From an uncultured Bacilli bacterium (GTDB lineage: Bacteria > Bacillota_I > Bacilli_A > RF39 > UBA660), in the NCBI GenBank assembly GCA_934098345.1, contig CAKONX010000002.1:1-39706 (forward strand): 39,706 bases of DNA, given 5' to 3'. The notes below the pieces were generated by a model. The model was not told the DNA's origin and searched no databases. It saw nothing but the letters and a program-made list of their open reading frames with translations. The position numbers were made by a program, and so were the translations under genes. Of this stretch, positions 35,216 through 39,706 are shown piece after piece; position 1 is the first letter of the stretch, and each line of letters begins with the position of its first letter.

Positions 35216-35800
35216 ATGTTATATAATAGTGCTAAAAGATATAGAAAGACTTGTTTAATCTCTTCTATAGCGACATTAATTTTAGGTGTTGTATTAATGA
35301 TGGAACCAGCTAGTTCTTTAAAAATCATTACTTTAATAATTGGCCTTATGACTTTAATTACTGGATGCTTTTGGATATATGATTATATAAAAGCACCACA
35401 AGAAGAAAAAATGATTAGTAAATCATTACTTCTTGGATTAGTATCTGCTTGTGTAGGAATATATTTAATTATTAATACTGAATCACTTGTAAACTTTATA
35501 ACTGTTATAATTGGTTTAACTATAACAATAAAATCAATTGTTAAATTACAATTTGCAGTTAATATTAGAAATTTTTCTACAACATGGAAATATAATTTAG
35601 TATTTGCTCTTTTAGGTATTACTTTAGGAATTCTTCTACTTGCAAATCCATTTAAAGGAGCAGAAGTATTCTTTAGAATAATTGGAGTAGTTATGATAGT
35701 GGGTTCAGTTATGGAATTAATTGAATGTGCATTTATAATGAAAAATTTAAATATAAAAGAAGCTAAAAAAGAATTGCGTTGGGTTGATAAAGATGAATAA
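35216..35800 (+). CDS. HdeD/DUF308-family membrane protein
   Basis: Six predicted TM helices built from the short DUF308 repeat (LILGVVLMMEP, ITLIIGLMTLITGCFWI, GIYLIINT, and others). Confidence 0.6.
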   Translation: MLYNSAKRYRKTCLISSIATLILGVVLMMEPASSLKIITLIIGLMTLITGCFWIYDYIKAPQEEKMISKSLLLGLVSACVGIYLIINTESLVNFITVIIGLTITIKSIVKLQFAVNIRNFSTTWKYNLVFALLGITLGILLLANPFKGAEVFFRIIGVVMIVGSVMELIECAFIMKNLNIKEAKKELRWVDKDE

Positions 35801-37751
35801 AAAATTAAATAATTTGGGATATTTACTTAACTTTTCTTCAGTAGTGATGCTAATTGCACTACTTGGTATTTTGTTTTCAAATACAGGTATTGCTTATGAA
35901 ATCAAATCACTTGTATTAGTTGTATTTTCTATTACTCAATTTGTAATAACTTATATATGTAAGAAAAAAATGAATTTAGAAAACTCAGCTAATTGGTTTT
36001 ATTCAATAGGTTTTATTTCATTACTTATATCTATATTTTCTTTTAGTAATAGTAATTTACTAAATCAATTTTTTAAGATAAATGGAAGTGAATATATATA
36101 TTTAGCAATAATATTTTTATTTATTGGATCTTTTTTCTTAATAACAGCATTAATATATGATAATGAGAAATTTATTAAAGTTACTTATGTATCCCTATTT
36201 ATAATAGCGTCTCTTTTACTAATATTTTATAAGATAGAATTAACTTTAATACTTTTAATTGTTGAATGTATTTGTTTAATAACTAATATATGTTTTAAAA
36301 AGAATAATATATATCCAGTATCTAAAATGTTTACATATATAATTCCATTTATAATTTTCTTAATTATAGATGATATATCACTTTTAAGTTTAATTGAGTT
36401 AATTAGTATAGAAATAATTGGTTTAATAGTTATTTTAAAAGATAATAAAGATTTTGAAACTAGTTTATTATGTTTACTACTAATATTTGGAACTTTATTT
36501 ATAAATGATATTCAATTTTTTAATAGCTTAGATAATGATATATGTATTCCAATTGTAATATCTTTACATTTATTAGTATTCTTACTTGTAGATTATTTTG
36601 ATTTAGTTAAAGATAAATTCTTATATTATGCATATAAAATAATTAATTATTTAGCAATTATTTTTGTGATTGTAGTTGCTACAAAAGAAAGCAACAGTGC
36701 GTATATAGTTGCATCAAGTTTATTCTTAATAGATATTATATCTGAAATGATCTTATTTAAAAATAAAAAGATAAGTGATTTCTTTTTACCAGTAGCTATT
36801 TTACTAGAGATAGCATGCTCGTTAATATTTGTTCATTATAATTTTATTAAAATAGATTATTCAGTTGGATTATTTATTGTAAATATAGTTTTATTAATTT
36901 TATACAAATTTAATAAAAGATATGATCTTAAAGTTGTTTACTCAATTTTATTAGTTTTAGTTTTATCAAATTTAGTATATACAACTGATCACACATTATT
37001 AAGTTATCTAGTTAATTTAGGTGTTTTAATAGTTGATTATGTATATTTAACTATATTTGATGATAAAAAAGATAGTGCTATTGATTATATGTTATATGTA
37101 TTCCTACTTGGTCTTTCATTAGTTGAATTAAGATTCTTAGATATTAATTATATTAAATATTTAATTTTATCTATATTCTATATGGGACTTTTATATAAGA
37201 ATATGAATAATAGATTTAAAAGTTCAATATCTTTAATGTTCTTACTTGTAAGTACATCTTTATATATTAAAGGTGTTATAGCAAATTATTATGTAATTAA
37301 TATATTAATTGAGATTTTAACTATATCAGTAATAATTGCTTTAGGTTATATTAATTTTAAAAATGAAAATAATAGGGTTATTTTCAGTACTATTTTAATA
37401 GATTTAAGTATGTTAGATTATTTAGTATTAGATAAGAATATTTATACAATTATATTTAGTTTAATAGTTTCTTTAGTAATGTTACTATATGGAATAAAAA
37501 ATGAAGAACATAAGTGTTCATTAATATCTGGTTTAATATTACTAGCAATATCTATATTTAATGTATTAATGTTTATATCAAATGTACCATTTTTAATATA
37601 TCTATTCATAATAGGTTTTGCATTAATGTTAGCTGTTATGTTTTTAATCAATAATGAAAAAGCTGAAGAAATAAATTATTGTAGTAATTGTGGTAATAAG
37701 TTAGATAAAAAAGATACATACTGCAGTGAATGTGGAGAAAAAGTAAAATGA
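35793..37751 (+). CDS. Large polytopic membrane protein (about 20 TM helices) with a C-terminal cytoplasmic zinc ribbon, function unknown
   Basis: Almost entirely hydrophobic helices, ending in YCSNCGNKLDKKDTYCSECGEKV. ATG 35793 overlaps the HdeD-like gene by 8 nt. Confidence 0.6.
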   Translation: MNKKLNNLGYLLNFSSVVMLIALLGILFSNTGIAYEIKSLVLVVFSITQFVITYICKKKMNLENSANWFYSIGFISLLISIFSFSNSNLLNQFFKINGSEYIYLAIIFLFIGSFFLITALIYDNEKFIKVTYVSLFIIASLLLIFYKIELTLILLIVECICLITNICFKKNNIYPVSKMFTYIIPFIIFLIIDDISLLSLIELISIEIIGLIVILKDNKDFETSLLCLLLIFGTLFINDIQFFNSLDNDICIPIVISLHLLVFLLVDYFDLVKDKFLYYAYKIINYLAIIFVIVVATKESNSAYIVASSLFLIDIISEMILFKNKKISDFFLPVAILLEIACSLIFVHYNFIKIDYSVGLFIVNIVLLILYKFNKRYDLKVVYSILLVLVLSNLVYTTDHTLLSYLVNLGVLIVDYVYLTIFDDKKDSAIDYMLYVFLLGLSLVELRFLDINYIKYLILSIFYMGLLYKNMNNRFKSSISLMFLLVSTSLYIKGVIANYYVINILIEILTISVIIALGYINFKNENNRVIFSTILIDLSMLDYLVLDKNIYTIIFSLIVSLVMLLYGIKNEEHKCSLISGLILLAISIFNVLMFISNVPFLIYLFIIGFALMLAVMFLINNEKAEEINYCSNCGNKLDKKDTYCSECGEKVK

Positions 37752-38377
37752 AAAAAGGAATTATTTTTATAATTCTTTTTCTATTGTTTATAAGTCCAGC
37801 TAGTGCAGATGAGTTGCTAAGTGTAAAGCTAGAAAAGTGTGTAGATGGAGATACAGCATATTTTAAAATAAATAATGAAAAAGTAAAATATAGATTTTTA
37901 GCAATTAATACACCAGAAAAGAATGAAGATTATGGGGATATAGCAAGTGAAGTTACATGTGAAATGCTTACTAATGCTAAAAAAATAGAAATTGAAATAG
38001 ATTCCAAAGCTAGTAAAACTGATAAATATGGAAGAAGTTTAGGTTGGATTTATGTGGATGGAGTTTTACTTCAAAAATATTTAGTAGAAAATGGATATGC
38101 TCATGTTGCTTATATATATGGAAATTATAAATATACAGAAGAGTTATGTAGTTTAGAAAAAGATGCAATTTATAAAAAAATTAATATTTGGAGTAAAAAA
38201 GAAGAATATGACGGATATTGTAATAGTTATAAAAAAAGTAAAACTAATGAAAAAAATATAGATAATTTAGATGAACTTGATAATTTTTTAAAAGAAAATT
38301 ATCGAGAAGTAATTTGTTTATTATTTACAATTAATATTATATTAGTAATAAAGTTATATAAAAAGAAGAAATCCTGA
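37748..38377 (+). CDS. Thermonuclease (staphylococcal nuclease/SNase family), with a signal peptide and a C-terminal membrane anchor
   Basis: CVDGDTAYFKIN...YRFLAINTPE...DKYGRSLGWIYVDG..LQKYLVENGYAHV are SNase blocks. N-terminal signal, C-terminal TM plus KKKKS. ATG 37748 overlaps the upstream stop (ATGA). Confidence 0.85.
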   Translation: MKKGIIFIILFLLFISPASADELLSVKLEKCVDGDTAYFKINNEKVKYRFLAINTPEKNEDYGDIASEVTCEMLTNAKKIEIEIDSKASKTDKYGRSLGWIYVDGVLLQKYLVENGYAHVAYIYGNYKYTEELCSLEKDAIYKKINIWSKKEEYDGYCNSYKKSKTNEKNIDNLDELDNFLKENYREVICLLFTINIILVIKLYKKKKS

Positions 38378-38393
38378 TTAGATTTCTTCTTTT
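38362..38393. terminator. Bidirectional terminator hairpin spanning the abutting stops of convergent genes
   Basis: aagaagaaatc, loop ctgatta, gatttcttctt. Confidence 0.6.
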
Positions 38394-38812
38394 AGTTTTT
38401 CTTCTTCTTTTTTTCTAGCAATTATATTTATTATAATAATTGGAACAAATAGAAGTAAAGTCATTAAATTATCCATTATAGGCTTAGTTAAGTTAATAGA
38501 AAGTATAAGCATTAAAAACCAAAGGCATAAACTTATAAATGAAAACTCTTTTTTCTTATAAACCATGGATGTTACATTAAATATAACAATGAATGCAAGT
38601 ATTAAAAGAATAAGTCCCCAAAATGTTGAAGAGTAAAGAGTTTCTAACAATTTTTCTACTCCTAAAGCATTATATACTAAAGAATCATTATAAGAAAGTG
38701 AATCCGAATATACAAATGCAAGTGTAGAAACAATACTTACTATAAATTCTATTCCTGTTAAAATTAATAAATAAAGACTATGAGTACTTATAATACTCTT
38801 TATTTTTTTCAT
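38378..38812 (-). CDS. Small integral membrane protein (4 TM helices), function unknown
   Basis: 144 aa, hydrophobic helices, aggtga RBS. Confidence 0.55.
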   Translation of the reverse strand: MKKIKSIISTHSLYLLILTGIEFIVSIVSTLAFVYSDSLSYNDSLVYNALGVEKLLETLYSSTFWGLILLILAFIVIFNVTSMVYKKKEFSFISLCLWFLMLILSINLTKPIMDNLMTLLLFVPIIIINIIARKKEEEKLKEEI

Positions 38813-38971
38813 TATATCACCTAATTTATTATAACATAAGATTTATAAAAATAATGTGAAAAAAGCTATTTTTTTTATCAAATTCTATAATTATATTACC
38901 ATAAAATCGTGATTTTTTCAAGATTGTATATCTATTTAATATGTTGTATTAAGTATTAGGAGGCGATTTTT

Positions 38972-39706
38972 ATGGATAGTAGTATGACTGCAAAAATGTG
39001 TTTATTTGTAAATGCTTATCACAGTGAGTGTGCAAATATTCATATTATAAATAATACATATGCTCATAGTATGTTAGGAAAAGATTATGACATTATATAT
39101 AAATTTTTAGAGGAAGGAATAAGTTTCTTTGATCCATTTTATAATGGTGATGATAAAGTATTACATATTGTAAATAAAGTTATTGGTCCATCAGTATTAG
39201 GAAGAAGTGCTTGGCTAGAAGATAAAATTAAAGTAGAAGAAAAACTAGGACTAAAACAATATTTAATATTAGCATCAGGATATGATACAAGTGGTTTAAA
39301 TCATCAAAATCTAAATGTGTTTGAAGTAGATCGAAGTGATGTTATTGATGATAAACTAAGAAGACTAAAAAATATAAAAAGTAATGTTAAATATATTAGA
39401 AGTGATTTAAAAAATAATTTTGAAGAAAAAATTATTAATGAAGGTTTTGACAAAAATAAAAAAACATTAGTTTCTTTATTGGGTTTAAGTTATTATCTTG
39501 AAAAAGAAGAATTTTTAAACTTGCTTGAAAGAATTTTAAAAATTGTAAATGAGGGAAGTGTAATATTATTTGATTATCCAAATAATATTGTTGATGAAGA
39601 AAAAATAAAATTAAAAAGTCTTGCTGCTGAAAGTAAAGAAGAAATGAAAACTAACTATGATGCAAAAGAGTTTATTCCAACTCTTGAAAGAAACAATGCT
39701 TATATA
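38972..39706 (+). CDS. Class I SAM-dependent methyltransferase of the leucine-carboxyl/O-methyltransferase (LCMT-like) family, 3'-truncated by the window edge
   Basis: Not in the ORF track because there is no stop in the window. aggagg lies 8 nt upstream of ATG 38972. The frame is open to 39706 and reads MDSSMTAKMC..RSAWLEDKI...QYLILASGYDTSGL...VFEVDRSDVIDDK, matching the LGAGxDTR...VFEVD pattern of this family. Confidence 0.65.
   Translation, partial: MDSSMTAKMCLFVNAYHSECANIHIINNTYAHSMLGKDYDIIYKFLEEGISFFDPFYNGDDKVLHIVNKVIGPSVLGRSAWLEDKIKVEEKLGLKQYLILASGYDTSGLNHQNLNVFEVDRSDVIDDKLRRLKNIKSNVKYIRSDLKNNFEEKIINEGFDKNKKTLVSLLGLSYYLEKEEFLNLLERILKIVNEGSVILFDYPNNIVDEEKIKLKSLAAESKEEMKTNYDAKEFIPTLERNNAYI

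Overview
This is a very AT-rich chromosomal segment using the standard genetic code (TGA acts as a stop, as at the dcm and Z1 gene ends). It looks like a low-GC Bacillota genome, but I cannot name the taxon by eye. Most of the window is ordinary core or shell content. It holds a T-box(Phe)-controlled pheS-pheT, a TPR-like protein, and parA-parB followed by a Tam41/Mmp37-like gene. It also holds an MscS-type channel, DUF951, an AbgT-type transporter and mgtE with an atypical leader. Cell-envelope enzymes follow (NlpC/P60, LCP with a PASTA tail, GT2), then a U32 peptidase, several membrane proteins, an anchored thermonuclease and a partial SAM methyltransferase at the right edge.

Three accessory features stand out. 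(1) At the left edge there is a complete type III toxin-antitoxin locus: three and a bit 34-35 nt tandem RNA repeats, a terminator, and a ToxN/AbiQ-family toxin. (2) An IS30-family transposase remnant abuts the NlpC/P60 gene. (3) The main candidate is a ~9.1 kb insertion (about 15609-24703) that splits an Amidase_3 + 3xLysM cell-wall amidase gene exactly in frame. It is bounded by a 5-bp direct repeat (gaggt). It carries only a large serine recombinase plus a tightly coupled five-gene operon: C5 cytosine methyltransferase, GHKL (HATPase_c_3) ATPase, Z1-domain NTPase, DUF4420-like PD-(D/E)XK protein, and an SRA-like/Mrr-type endonuclease. I read this as a mobile, mechanistically unresolved defence system and a modular variant of the MTase/GHKL/Z1/PD-(D/E)XK neighbourhood.

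All calls rest on motif recognition in the supplied translations and on manual inspection of the DNA. No database search was possible.
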